A stretch of 34,329 bases of DNA. It comes from Collodictyon triciliatum. Lineage: Eukaryota. The number at the start of each line of letters is the position of its first letter. Within the stretch, counting starts at the first letter, position 1. Location of the stretch: the NCBI GenBank assembly GCA_043381765.1, contig JBHJMP010000899.1:1-34329 (forward strand), written 5' to 3'. Position numbers and translations under genes: made by a program. Positions 11,583 through 24,567 of the stretch are shown piece by piece. The notes under the pieces were generated by a model. The model did no database searches. It was not told where the DNA came from and saw only the letters and a program-made list of their open reading frames with translations.

Positions 11583-14500
11583 ATGGAAACGGAGAAAATT
11601 GAGCGGCGGCATACGCGTAACATTTGAAAAAGACATAATTAAATGATGATATCTCATTCTCTCATTCTTTCCTATTTTCAATTCAAATTTATATTCATGT
11701 ATACGCGGTATGATGTATTTTCCTTTTGAAATACATGTACTTTATTAGGCTCTTCGATTCAAAACTTAAATTCCACGTTTAGGTGCTGTTATAATAACAT
11801 CTTGGTTGAATATTCGAATTAATATATGCAGTAGTTTTTTTCGTTTTTTTTTTCCGTTTTTGTTTTGTGTTTAAGAAAGAAAAACATATTTTTATGTTGT
11901 GACATTTTCCTTTTCATGTTTTTGTCCATAGGAATACGATACTATGCTCTTCATCACCCTTGCTGGGACTGAATCTTGAAGTTAGACACCCAATTAAATT
12001 TCCTTATGTTTACTGATTCAATTGGTTAATCACTGCTCTAGTATAAAATTCATGGAAAAAAAAAAAGAAAAGAACCCAAAACCAACTATTTATTCGTCTA
12101 GGACGTGTTAAATCCCTATATTATTAGCACACTTCGAAATGAGGAGATCAAAAAGTTGAATGATATCTCTTTTGGGGTATGATCAAATTAATTTCATTTT
12201 ATCGCCTCATTGCACTCATTCAGATTATTTTTTTTTTTATTCTCTCTTCTCATAAAACGAGGCAAAATTTTCAACACAACATAGATTCAATCCCTTGTTG
12301 AAGAAATGTTCACTTGTCCTATCATTTATAAGTCCTTAGTAGAGGATTGGGAGTCATTGATGTGGGCCTTAAAAAAAGGTATATATCTATTATCACTAAA
12401 ACAAACAATAAATCGGGCTTCCTTTAGGTCTCACCCTTTCTTAATATTTTATTTATTCTCATACTTTATACTCAAAGGCATGTATATATTTTTGAACTTC
12501 ATTCACCGTAGGGTACTTTGATAGAACCTTAAACTGGACTAAAATTTTCGAGAGACGTCGACATACCCATCTAAAAGAAAAGCATCGCCAGGATAATATA
12601 CAGAAGGTTTTATATAAAAGATCCTATAATTAGCAGAGCTTTAAAATTAAACAAATCATTCTTCATACTATTTGCACAAAATTGAAAGGAAGAATAAAAA
12701 TTCGTCATACTGTTTGAATTGTTAATTATTTTTTTTTAATAAAATGACTATCCTTAATACTAGACCTCTTTTTATGAAGCTTTTCGAGAATGGCAGAAAA
12801 CTACACCCAGTTTCAGGAACGTCTATTATGGTACATAAATTGGACGTGTCCTTTTCTTCCTTTTCTTCCTTTTCTTCATTTTCTTCATTTTCTTCATTTT
12901 CTTCCTTTTCTTCCTTTTCTTCATTTTCTTCATTTTCTTCATTTTCTTCATTTTCTTCATTTTAATTATTAACTTTTCGTATTTGATAAAACTGATTATC
13001 CTCTCATATATTGACAAGATCATTTTTTGAAAGCAAAGTTTAAACCTGACACTTTTATATAAAAACTCATTGGTGCTTTTTTTTTTTAACTGAATAGACG
13101 GTTCCAAGATCTGGGTAGATGTGTCGAAAATTCCTCGGGCTTGTGTACTGATAGAGAATTCCAACTCATCCGAGAATGAATCCAGTTCCAGTGAAGCGCC
13201 CCCAAATCATAGTGAATTAGGACTGAGTTTGATGCCAGTAGAACCTGTTCAATCTCATGAGAAAAGCATAGTATTTACCGATGGGTTATTTACACAGCTC
13301 GAAGGTTCCCCTTCTTCAAGTAGACCTCTGCGCTCACTTACATATTTTAATTGATTAATGAAAGTTTTTGAATTGGTCTCTTTCCTATCGAGCAACAATC
13401 CATTAATTAATCTAGATTTCAAAATATGCTCAGGATATGGAGAAACTCATTTAATGCCTCACGACAAAATTATGCAGTGCGTTCGTGAAGATATCATCTC
13501 TGCCAGTAATCTCATATAGATACAACCACATATTTTTTCTTATCTTTTTGCCTCTAAGATGGTTTAATTCCCATTTATTATTACTAAGATTTTTTTTTGA
13601 AACCCCCCTCTAGGTTATCAGCAAAATTTGAGTCAGCTGCCTCTCTTAACCGCACATGAACATCTATCAGGAATATACGACCTTGATGATATTCTCTATA
13701 ATCAACACCAGACTATCGATATTGGTCCGCCAATAACTGATGAAAATCATGAAAGAATGAATTTAGATACTATTGCGTATAAGCCGATTATATCTCCGCC
13801 ATTAGTTCCATTTGATGAATTTCTTTTGGGGCTCAATATAGTTACAGAAGAGGCGTTATTTCCACCCGGCTTAGGTACTACTCAATCCAATGCTGCTGAA
13901 TGCATGAGACATCGGCATGAAAAAAATACTCATACAAATGTATCTGCATCAACTCATCATGATTTGGATCCAGATATCGACTTGTCAACATCCCTGATTG
14001 AAAATTCCTGCTTTGTTGTTCCAGGTGATATCACGAAAAATATTGTTTGTCTAAACATAAACTCTGACATATCAGATCGAATTGGCCACGGTGAATCAAA
14101 GTCCAAAATATGCACTGGAGAAGCACCAAATCATGAGAATATAAGTGTGACATATCCTGAACAAATTTTGATAAATCCCTCAAGTGAGTTGTCTGCAAGG
14201 ACACCTTCAAATATAATAAGGCATAAACATTCATCCCATGCAGATGGAGACATGGCTGATTCAAACACTGCGCAAATATTATTACCTTCTGTGCCCAAAC
14301 CGATTGTAAGTATTCTTATGCCTGAAAAAATGGGCTGTCCCCTAGAGTATGAAAGTGATATAAATATTCTAGATAATCATGTCGTAGTGGCAAACAACAC
14401 AGCTCAGCCTAGCGCAATACTAGCTTTGGAACCTTCCAACGAAAAGATTATAGAGATTACGAATTTACTTCCATCTATGCATGATGTCACCAGAGATGCG

Positions 14501-17037
14501 ACTATGAACGGTGTCAGTCACCCTGCGCTCATCGAATCGCATGATATGCACCTTTCTCATAGGGGTGTAGAAAGAGAAAACCAGGATATTCTCCCAACCA
14601 CAGCCCCTTCATTTCGTTTGGAAATATGTGCCGGTCAAGATGATTTTGAAAAGCAAAGCACATTCGACTCGAACTCATTTTCATTCGAGCATATGTATCC
14701 ATCATCAGCTCCTGCTAGTCCGGTGTCAACGGTTGCAAGGGAGACGACCTCCGGAAGTCCAGTCAAGAGGATTATACTCTCAGAACCACAGCCCAGAAGG
14801 ATATTGCTACGGAAGTCCAAACTTACTCAAGTTAAAAGAAATGCCTCAAACTATTTCCAGACACATTTAGAGAACTCGAAATGCCACACTGAAAACATAC
14901 ATCAAGTTAGACAAATAGTAGAAAAAACCCATGATGAAAAGGTTTTTGACTGTGATAGAGAAGGGTGTTTATCACCGCTAGCGACAGTAAATACTTCGGG
15001 ACAATTAAGCCCACTGATGGAGCGATCTATACCATCACATGGATATAACAGAGAAGTATTTTCGGCATTTTCACTGAAAGAGGAGCAAAGCAAATACGAA
15101 ACGAAATCTAAATGTGACAAACCATGTGCTGCAGAAATTAATCAAAAACGTTTAGGTCATAAACGAAAATCCTTTCATTCAAACTCAAAAGCAGTCAAGA
15201 TATTGGAAAATTATTCACAAAAGAGCTCGGAGAAAGTATTTGTGCCAAGCCAACCTGAGAATTCTGACTATCCCCCTACAAAAATGACCAGGCAAGGCAG
15301 GGTTGTGAAGATACAAGAGATTCACGAGTTGAGATATGATGGTTTGGTAAAAGATGCAGGATGCGAGATTGATAGATCGACAGTTGAAAATGCTGGTGAC
15401 GTGGTTGGTGACTACAGAAAAGTATATGAGTCCAATCATACGAATTCGTGTAACCACTTTATTTCGTTCAAATCGAGGGCTATATTTTCTGCTGATGACG
15501 CATCTGAAAATACTGAGGTATCAACCATGCTTAACCCGCTTCGCATTTCATCGCCCAGGAATAGTTCAGAGGTAAATAGGGATGCAACAGAAGGCTTGGT
15601 TGTATTGGCGTCAGATATTCCCTCCCCAATTTCCCTGGCGCCTTCTATAGAAGAGGCAGTAGAAAATCCAAAATCAAATATAGAATGTCCAAATGCACAC
15701 AACTTGTCAGACTGGACAATTAATCATATAATCAGTTCTGGAGAAGATACAGAAACGCAAGTAAATGTTAGATATCCAGCACTTTTTGAAAAAGCCCATA
15801 CATCACCCATTTGTGAGATATTGAATCAAAAGTTAATATCCGCTGGATACCCAACCCACGCTAGTTTAGATGAAAAGGGGGCTAATATTGATGACCAGAC
15901 AAATAGATGTGATTTTACAACACCAGCGGAAGCAAACGAGGAAATCGAGAGTGCTACGTCGTTATATTCAGATCCTCTAGACTTTCTCTCGAGGCCCTAT
16001 AATCAAAACCCAGACAAAAGTGATCTAGATAATGCAAAGAATCTGCATAACAGTACATTTTGTGAGACCAAAGGTACAGAAATAATGATAATGACCATCA
16101 TATTAACGAATTATTCATATAATTTATTTTTTCAGTCTTCCATCTGACACATTCTTTTAAAATAATGTTAATATTCGGTATGTTATTTATTTTTTATTTC
16201 CCTGTTTTCTCTGTTTTTCCCTTTTCTTGTTTTGTTTTGTTTTGTTTTGTTTTGTTTTGTTTTGTTTTGTTTTGTTTNNNNNNNNNNNNNNNNNNNNNNN
16301 NNNNNNNNNNNNNNNNNNNNNNNNNNNNNNNNNNNNNNNNNNNNNNNGAAATAACTAACCCATCTGATGAAGGCCAGGGACAAATCGAGAACATTTTAGA
16401 GATAGATCAAACCAAGGAATGTAGATCCTTCAAAATATTTTTTTCCCGACTTTTTCGGCCAATCCAGCAAGCCTTGGAATCAAATAGCGAATCGAAATAT
16501 ACAGTTGGTTCAGTAGCAAAGGAGCAAGATTTAGTTCCTTCTGACGCAGGATACCAATCAGCCGTCGATGGAGAGAATTTGGTAGTCGCACGTCAGCATG
16601 AGGAAAGAAATGCTAATATAGGTACTAAAGGTCATGATATCACGGGTGATTCTTTAACACTTGTGAATGCATCCCAAGAGACAACCGACGCAATAGGCCA
16701 TCCCAACACGTCTGCACACGTTGAATTAAATGGAGCTTTGCCATATGTCGAAATGCAGGAAAGACACGTGAGCCGCTCCATAATAACATCAGGAGATGCC
16801 CATCAGAATGAGGAGAAAAATACGCGCATTTTGGAGGAAACGCAAATGAATCAAGCAGCCCCTGGATCACTTGAGAAGATCTCTCCACGTGCCGATGAAC
16901 GAACGGGGATGAGTGCAGAGCCAGCACCATCGCCCGTCCGTCCACAAATCTTGGTGTTCGAGGAAGAGATTCGCACCCCGGTATCCTCTCAGGAGAAGGA
17001 TAGTATGGAGATATACAGCACATCGTGTTCTAAATAG
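11583..17037 (+). CDS. DEUBAD/ASXH-domain-like protein (ASXL/NFRKB-type deubiquitinase adaptor) with a long disordered C-terminus, ~1,297 aa; exons 11583-11616, 11749-11782, 11932-11980, 12102-12176, 12285-12378, 12512-12606, 12764-12830, 13098-13304, 13416-13505, 13614-16073, 16349-17037
   Basis: Spliced model is in frame (3894 nt, assuming no exon inside the gap at 16278-16347). N-terminus ILCSSSPLLGLNLEDVLNPYIISTLRNEEIKKL...DWESLMWALKKGYFD...SFYEAF resembles the recalled ASXH pattern SPLxxxNLxxLLN..L..EE..L / FxxxLxxGxFD / FFExYY. The CDS is well supported; the domain call is moderate. Confidence 0.65.
12851..12961. repeat. (TTTTCTTCC/A)n 9-mer intronic repeat
   Basis: Visible tandem repeat. 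Confidence 0.95.
16227..16277. repeat. (TTTTG)n intronic microsatellite abutting an N-gap
   Basis: Visible. Confidence 0.95.
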
Positions 17038-17475
17038 AAAAGATCGTGTGTACGTGTTCTTAACCTATCACTGCTACTCGCGCAGAATAAACTTGCTTTT
17101 TATAACACGGAAACTGCACGAAAGACGCCGCAGGCAACATAACATGCCATAGCGCAGAGCACCCGGCCATAACGAATATATACTTAGATGGAATATATAA
17201 CTATGTATCCATATTTACTTTATTTTCAGCCGTCATGACGGAGCATATATATCAAATCATACTCAATATACTCAATCCATCGAAACATATAAGGTCGCTT
17301 GGAGCAATCTGACCAAAAAAAAAAATGGAGCGTGAGATCAAGTTTAAGGAAAACAAACAAAAAAAAAATTAGTGAAAAAGAATAAACAGAAAATAATAAT
17401 AATAATAAAAAAAAAAAAAAAGGAAAAGAAAAGGAAGCAGTAAAGCGACTAAGCGCAGGCATTCGACAGACAGAA

Positions 17476-20400
17476 ATGAACCCGCCCAACACCACATCAG
17501 CGCCCACAACAACAGCACCAACAACAATAGCAGCAGCAGCACCACCACCAACAACAACAACAAACACAACAACCGCGGCTCCTTCTGCAAACACAACAAC
17601 AAACGCGGCAACAGCCGTAGCAGCATCGACAACAACCACAGCCACAGTCCCGGGAGTCACATTCCTGCGCCAAAGCGGCGGAGGGAGTGGAGCCACCAGT
17701 GGCGCAAACGGACTGACCAGCACGCAGCGGCCGGCAAACACAGCAGGCCGCGGAGGCGCCGGGGCGTATAGCCTTGCGCAGATTCAGCCATTTGCAGCCA
17801 ACAGTGCGCTTCAGGGCATTAGTCCGTCTCTCAACCTGGGCAATGGAGCTCATATGTCCGCCTCTACATCTGCATCTGCACCTATATCGACATCTGCTTC
17901 GGTCTCGGCATCTTCATCTACATCAGCCTCTGCCTCGGTCTCTGCTGTCCAAGCATTTCCGGCCGGACCGCGTTCCTCTTCCGCAACCATGGCCCAGTCT
18001 CGACCCACTGTGCTGCCCACGCAGCCGGGACAGAGTCTCGCATCGCATGTGTCTGGGCCAAATCGCCCGTTGCAATCCCAACTGCCTGCTAATCCAATTC
18101 ATGAGCTCTCACGCTTGCAGGCCACTGGCCCTTCACCCCGGCAGCTGCCTCACGGCTCTTCGGGCGCGACACACATGGGAAACACAGGGCCGATGCAAAT
18201 GCCGGTTCCCATGTCGATGTCGATGCCGATGTCGATGTCGATGTCGATGCCAATGTCAATGCCAATACCGCGTTCTGACGATTCGAAACTATTTGGCGTT
18301 GCTTCGGGGGTCGCTGGTTTGAAGCCCTCCGTACAGTTGCTGGGTGTCCAAATGTCTGCAAACTTTGTGGGTACGGTGATTTGATGATATACGCTGTTTT
18401 TCGTTTTTTTTTTTTTGTTGTCTTTTGTTGTTTTTTATTTGTTTTTATTTGTTTTTATTTGTTTTTATTTGTTTTTATTTGTTTTTATTTGTTTTTATTT
18501 GTTTTTATTTGTTTTTATTTGTTTTTTATTTGTTTTTTATTTGTTTTTTATTTGTTTTTTATTTGTTTTTTATTTGTTTTTTATTTGTTTTTTATTTGTT
18601 TTTTATTTGTTTTTTATTTGTTTTTTATTTGTTTTTATATTGTACGTGTACCAATTTTATGCGCCTGTCATGTCATTATGTACATTCAATTTGATTCGCA
18701 TCGTTTTTAAACTGCCACCTTTGAATCAAGGGAAGTGTTCGTACCTGCTCTTTTGAACCTTTGTTCATATATGGAAATAGATCCTGAAGCTTTACAAGTC
18801 AATAACCAAGGCAGGTCGCGCTGTGTGGTCATCATCATGGATACATCTTATAACATGAGTCAAATGAGCAAATACTGGGAGAACGTTATAAACGCCTTAA
18901 TTGAGTTAGTTAAATTATTGTTATTATTTTACAAATCAAATCAAATCAAATCAAATCAAAACAAAACAAAACAAAACAAAACAAAAAAATACGAGACAAA
19001 TTTAAACAGGAAGACATTAACGGAAAAAAAAGCGAATATACATTCTCTTTCCTTTACCCGCAAAATCCTTCTGTGTCACATTTCATCAATAAGAATGATT
19101 GATTGTTTTATTGAATGCTTATGGCACAATTTTTAGCGTTGTACCATTTTCAAATTCGCCCTCTCATCTCTTCCGGCTTTATAATTCTTATACTAATTTT
19201 TATGACCCACTTCCTTTTCTCTTTTCTCTTTTCTCTTTTCTCTTTTCTCTTTTCTCTTTTCTCTTTNNNNNNNNNNNNNNNNNNNNNNNNNNNNNNNNNN
19301 NNNNNNNNNNNNNNNNNNNNNNNNNNNNNNNNNNNNNNNNNNNNNNNNNNNNNNNNNNNNNNNNNNNNNNNNNNNNNNNNNNNNNNNNNNNNNNNNNNNN
19401 NNNNNNNNNNNNNNNNNNNNNNNNNNNNNNNNNNNNNNNNNNNNNNNNNNNNNNNNNNNNNNNNNNNNNNNNNNNNNNNNNNNNNNNNNNNNNNNNNNNN
19501 NNNNNNNNNNNNNNNNNNNNNNNNNNNNNNNNNNNNNNNNNNNNNNNNNNNNNNNNNNNNNNNNNNNNNNNNNNNNNNNNNNNNNNNNNNNNNNNNNNNN
19601 NNNNNNNNNNNNNNNNNNNNNNNNNNNNNNNNNNNNNNNNNNNNNNNNNNNTTTTTTTGTCGTTAATACATTAACTCAACCGAAGTAATTACTTTGTTTC
19701 CAATTGATAAGAGTTAGTTTATTCATTCAGAAATTTGTGAATAATTTGAAATTTTCTGGATCAAATCGCGGTGGTATACTACTGGCTGATGCCTTAGGGG
19801 ATGCACTACAAGTACCTCTAATAATAACTCTTTGAATATATTTGTCATGGATTTATGCACTTACCACCACCACCACCACCACCACCACCANNNNNNNNNN
19901 NNNNNNNNNNNNNNNNNNNNNNNNNNNNNNNNNNNNNNNNNNNNNNNNNNNNNNNNNNNNNNNNNNNNNNNNNNNNNNNNNNNNNNNNNNNNNNNNNNNN
20001 NNNNNNNNNNNNNNNNNNNNNNNNNNNNNNNNNNNNNNNNNNNNNNNNNNNNNNNNNNNNNNNNNNNNNNNNNNNNNNNNNNNNNNNNNNNNNNNNNNNN
20101 NNNNNNNNNNNNNNNNNNNNNNNNNNNNNNNNNNNNNNNNNNNNNNNNNNNNNNNNNNNNNNNNNNNNNNNNNNNNNNNNNNNNNNNNNNNNNNNNNNNN
20201 NNNNNNNNNNNNNNNNNNNNNNNNNNNNNNNNNNNNNNNNNNNNNNNNNNNNNNNNNNNNNNNNNNNNNNNNNNNNNNNNNNNNNNNNNNNNNNNNNNNN
20301 NNNNNNNNNNNNNNNNNNNNNNNNNNNNNNNNNNNNNNNNNNNNNNNNNNNNNNNNNNNNNNNNNNNNNNNNNNNNNNNNNNNNNNNNNNNNTTACCCTT

Positions 20401-23400
20401 CGTAATAATGTTTTCTACTTTTTATCGATGATACTACTAACTGAAGAAACAAGTGCGGTTCCTTTCGATTTCATCACGAAAGTTTATGGAATTATCCAGC
20501 CCGGTATGATGATACTTTCTCCTCCCTTTGAATCACTCCATAATCACTATAAAATCTATCATGTGAAATCTCTGTTTTAAATCAACTAGAATCGATCTAG
20601 ATTGCCGCGCTTTTTTTTTTTTTTAATAAAAACAAACAAACAAACTTTTACTACATAATAATAAGCATATTATATGTACTGTTAAAATATAATTAAAATT
20701 ACTTAATCTCAAATAGCATGATTTGAAAGAAGTGAACTTATCAGTCGAACCTCTTTATATTACTCACAATCACCAAGGAGCTTATGAAAAAACTATTGGT
20801 AATTTCTTTCTTTTTTTTTTTTTTAAAAAAAAACAATAAAACAAGAAAGGCGGAAGTAAATGATAATTATGTTCAATAACATCGAACTTCGAATCGAATG
20901 GAGGGGAAAAAATGTTCAATAACACCAAAACCAATTCGTTATTTATATTAAAAGAAAATCGAAATATCGTAGCCTTTGTAAATCAGCACCAACTGCAGAC
21001 TAATCCTGTTGGTTCAGTCAACATGGCTCAAAGTTCTGGAGGACCAAGAACTGCAAATGTCTTACCCAGTCAGCAAAACTCTATGCGTATAATTTGATAT
21101 GTTTCGTTGAATATTCCACCACTTTTGCAGATAGCCAAGGCTACTGATAAAAATATGTCACCATGAAATGTAAAAGAAAATGCCAACTAATGAAGTTTTT
21201 TTTTAAGGCTTATATGATTTTTTACACACCGATTTGAAACGTAATATAACCAGAATGTATGATCCCTTCAACAAAATTCAACTTTTTTTAACGCGCCAGG
21301 CCTTCCAAATCAAGCCCAAGGCTCCCTAGCATCGAGCGGTCAAACATCACAAGCATCTGTATTGTCAAATATGCAATTATCTCTACAATCTAGCTCACAA
21401 ACATCTGCACAAGTCAGCGGTCAACAAAATATTCAATCCAATGCTCAATCGCCCGCCCAAATGTCTGTGCAAGCAAATGCACCACCATCTACTCAACATA
21501 GATCACAACCACAAATGTCCAGGTAAATCTATTTAATACATATGAATTCAGTCACTTCGTTAGAAAGTATCCCATTCTTATTCTCATTTTCGTCTTCTTT
21601 TTCTTTTTCGTCTTCTTTTTCTTTCTTTTTCTTTCTTTTTCTTTCTTTTTCTTTCTTTTTCTTTCTTTTTCTTTCTTTTTCTTTCTTTTTCTTTCTTTTT
21701 CTTTCTTTTTCTTTTCTTTTTCTTTTCTTTTTCTTTTTTATTATATATAACTGGGTATCATTTTGTCTATTTTTCTCGTCCACACCCGAATAATAATTAT
21801 TGCTCCTTTAATCACTAATTAATCATTTGATTTGTTACCTCATACGACGTATTTATTATTATTATTGTTATTGTTATTATTGTCATTATTATTGTCATTA
21901 TTATTATTGTTATTATTATTGTTATTATTATTGTTATTATTATTGTTATTATTATTGTTATTATTATTGTTATTATTATTGTTATTATTACTATTATTTA
22001 TTATTATTTTATTTTATTTTATTTTATTTTATTTTATTTTATTTTATTTTATTTTATTTTATTTTATTTTATTTTATTTTATTTTATTGTTAATGTTATT
22101 GCTATTGCTATTGCTATTCAATTTCACCGAAAACATCCTCCTGCAACACTCTGAAAGCCAAGGTGAATACATTAAAACTTAGATTACTCTGTAACAAAAA
22201 ATTTTTAAAAAATATGGTTGATTCTTACGTGATATAGTCTTCCAGCTGTATACTAAGTGCATAATTCTAGAAAAGGAGGTTATTGCTGTTTTCCCAACCT
22301 CTCCACAAAAGAGAGTGAGGTTTAGATTCTCCAACTGGATTCCCACTCTTCAGTAAGCATAGAATACTATAAAGCAATACTTGAAATTTTGTTTCCGACA
22401 AAACATTCTCCTACACATCTTCAAAAGAAAACCTTTAAAATATCATTTCTCTCACAAATGATTATCCTCTTTGATTCATTCTGCAGCTGCCCTGAAGTAT
22501 TACAGTTTACAACTTCCGGTAATAATAATGCATTTGATTCGAGGGCCATTGTTATAGCGGAGGTTTTTTTTCCTTTTTATCATTTTACATATACTACATG
22601 AAGTGTAGATAGTTTATCATATTATTATCCGAGTAATAATCAATAAGAAATTATTGAGCATCACAATCCTTTAATATGTATATTATATTCGAGAAACTGT
22701 GCGGTTATCATCTTTTGTGACATCTATCGTGTCTGTATTCTTGTTCAGAATTTATGTTAATGAATATATTCATCCAAATAAAACTCTTTTAAGATTATCG
22801 ACCAATCCGAAGCTATTGGCCTCATTGATGCCCTAAAACACCAAGAAATTAAAGTATATATAATTATCTTATATCAGCTTCTGCTTTATCGATGTTTTTT
22901 TCTTATTCTTCTAGCTCTGATTCCTTTTTCTTTTCTTTTCTTTTCTTTTCTTTTCTTTTCTTTTCTTTTCTTTTCTTTTCTTTTCTTTTCTTTTCTTTTC
23001 TTTTCTTTTCTTTTCTTTTCTTTTCTTATTTTTTATTTCTTATTTCTTATTTCTTATTTCTTATTTCTTATTTCTTATTTCTTTTTTATTTAAAAAGAGA
23101 CGAGTAAATCAAATAATTATCTCAGGAGCTACGATGTTTCCTGGTTCAGAATATTTGGCTAAGGCTGACATATCAAAACTCTCACTTTGAGTTTCAAGTT
23201 GGAGTTATGGCAACTTCGTAACTATTTTCATAAATTAGAAAAAAAAAATACAAATATGTTGACATTAAACAGTTCGGTGTTTATTTGCAGTCTTTTTTAA
23301 CATCAAACTTTTACTTCATTATTTCGTCTCTCCATTTATTTGTAAATCTATTGAATTCAACCCAACTGCGCTCTAGGGCGGCCAATCGCGCTCAAATCCC

Positions 23401-23574
23401 TTCAAATCTCACCAAGCTGCCTTCAAGTTCAGGTAAGTATTTTTTTAGCAAAAAAAAAAAAAAAAGCATCTTTATTCCTTGTGGTAGTCTGATGACATCT
23501 ATTGAAGAAGTCCGCATTAAGATAAAAAATAAAAATGATAAAAAAAAAATAGGCTAACAGGAGCTGCTCCCTGA
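17476..23574 (+). CDS. MED25: Mediator subunit MED25-like protein: ~300-aa low-complexity N-terminus, vWA domain, Q/S-rich linker and a possible ACID/PTOV-like C-terminal domain; the model is incomplete across two N-gaps
   Basis: CVVIIMDTSYNMSQMSKYWENVINALIE and KFVNNLKFSGSNRGGILLADALGDALQ match the recalled MED25 vWA motifs (VVFVIEGTANLGPYF..; [27 protein letters not shown]). CPEVLQF weakly resembles the ACID WPxxLxM motif. The last exons splice GT-AG to a TGA at 23572-23574. Exon structure at 18905-19710 and 21523-22486 is unresolved. Confidence 0.65.
18430..18637. repeat. (TTTTTATTTG)n / (TTTTTTATTTG)n intronic repeat
   Basis: Visible 10-mer array switching to 11-mer units. Confidence 0.95.
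19215..19266. repeat. (TTTTCTC)n intronic repeat abutting an N-gap
   Basis: Visible. Confidence 0.9.
19863..19890. repeat. (ACC)n intronic repeat abutting an N-gap
   Basis: Visible; follows the CAA|GTACC donor. Confidence 0.9.
21590..22118. repeat. Compound intronic repeats (TTTC/TTTTTC)n, (TTATTATTATTG)n, (TTTTA)n and (TTGCTA)n
   Basis: Visible. Confidence 0.95.
22925..23083. repeat. (TTTTC)n followed by (TTATTTC)n intronic repeat
   Basis: Visible. Confidence 0.95.
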
Positions 23575-24567
23575 TGCCGAAATCAAAACTCTGTCACTAC
23601 GAGAAGCGTTTCAGCAAGACTATGCCGATTCAGATGCCGAGAAATAGGATTCTTTCTTTTATTCCATAAAGCTTCAAGAAATGAATGTTTGCTTATACTC
23701 GAACGGTTATGAGATTGTAACTGCGGTTTACGGATTTTCCTTAAAATGGGTTCAGATTGTTTGAAAGAAATAGTATCTATCCTCGCTTACATCTAATCTA
23801 ACCGATTAAAATCAGCGTTGCCGTCCATCTTTCCTACTCGGTGTAGTTTTTTTTTTTTATTCCTCGTCCTTTCTTCCAAATAATCCCTATTGACGATTTG
23901 TGAAGCATCCTCTGCTCGGACTCTGAATGCTCATTTTGCAAACTCTTTTATACCCCGGAGTTTCGATTGCGAAGATGGTCGGTTCGCACGCTCGATATTT
24001 TGCCAATCTCGGTTATCTCACGCGGCTAGGGAATGCCTCTTCTCATGTTTGGCACCCGTGTACCCACGCATGAGAACCAACAGAGAATACAAGCTGCATA
24101 TATTATGCGTATAACGTAGGATCTAAGCCGTGCATTATTTGGTGAATACTCTGCCATACAGCCATACAGCCATACAACCAGCGTCCGCCAAAGGCTGGTT
24201 CAAAAATGTGACGTCAGCATTCACAAGATACCGGTTCAAGCTGCGAACAGAATCAGAATGCGGGGCGAATCATTTCCTCCGGAGGTTTTCCACAATAGTA
24301 TAAAGGAACTTTCAGTAAGATTTTAAATATTTGGAAATTTGTTTGGAATTGTCGGGGTGTTGGAGATAAGCCAAAACGTCAAAAGCCATATGCACTAAAG
24401 CCAGTTCTTGGACACAAGTCTGCGCCAGATGGAACAGATCGATTCTTAGCAGGCCGCAGGCGTAAGAGAACCCCACGAGCCTAGGGTTGTTGTATCGTTT
24501 TGCGATGAGCTTTGCGCGGCTTATTGGTCTCCTTTCGACAACATACAGATCCAATTCTCTCATATAC

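Noticed and set aside
19094-19200. Segment LIVLLNAYGTIFSVVPFSNS resembling a MED25 vWA strand but preceded by an in-frame TGA with no usable AG; suggested non-canonical splicing or stop recoding
   Set aside because: The region is AT-rich and could be intronic, the true exon may lie in the adjacent gap (19267-19651), a local GATT duplication could be an assembly error, and TGA does not interrupt any well-supported exon; it cannot be supported without RNA-seq
8137-20580. ORFs containing long X runs
   Set aside because: Artefacts of reading through N-gaps
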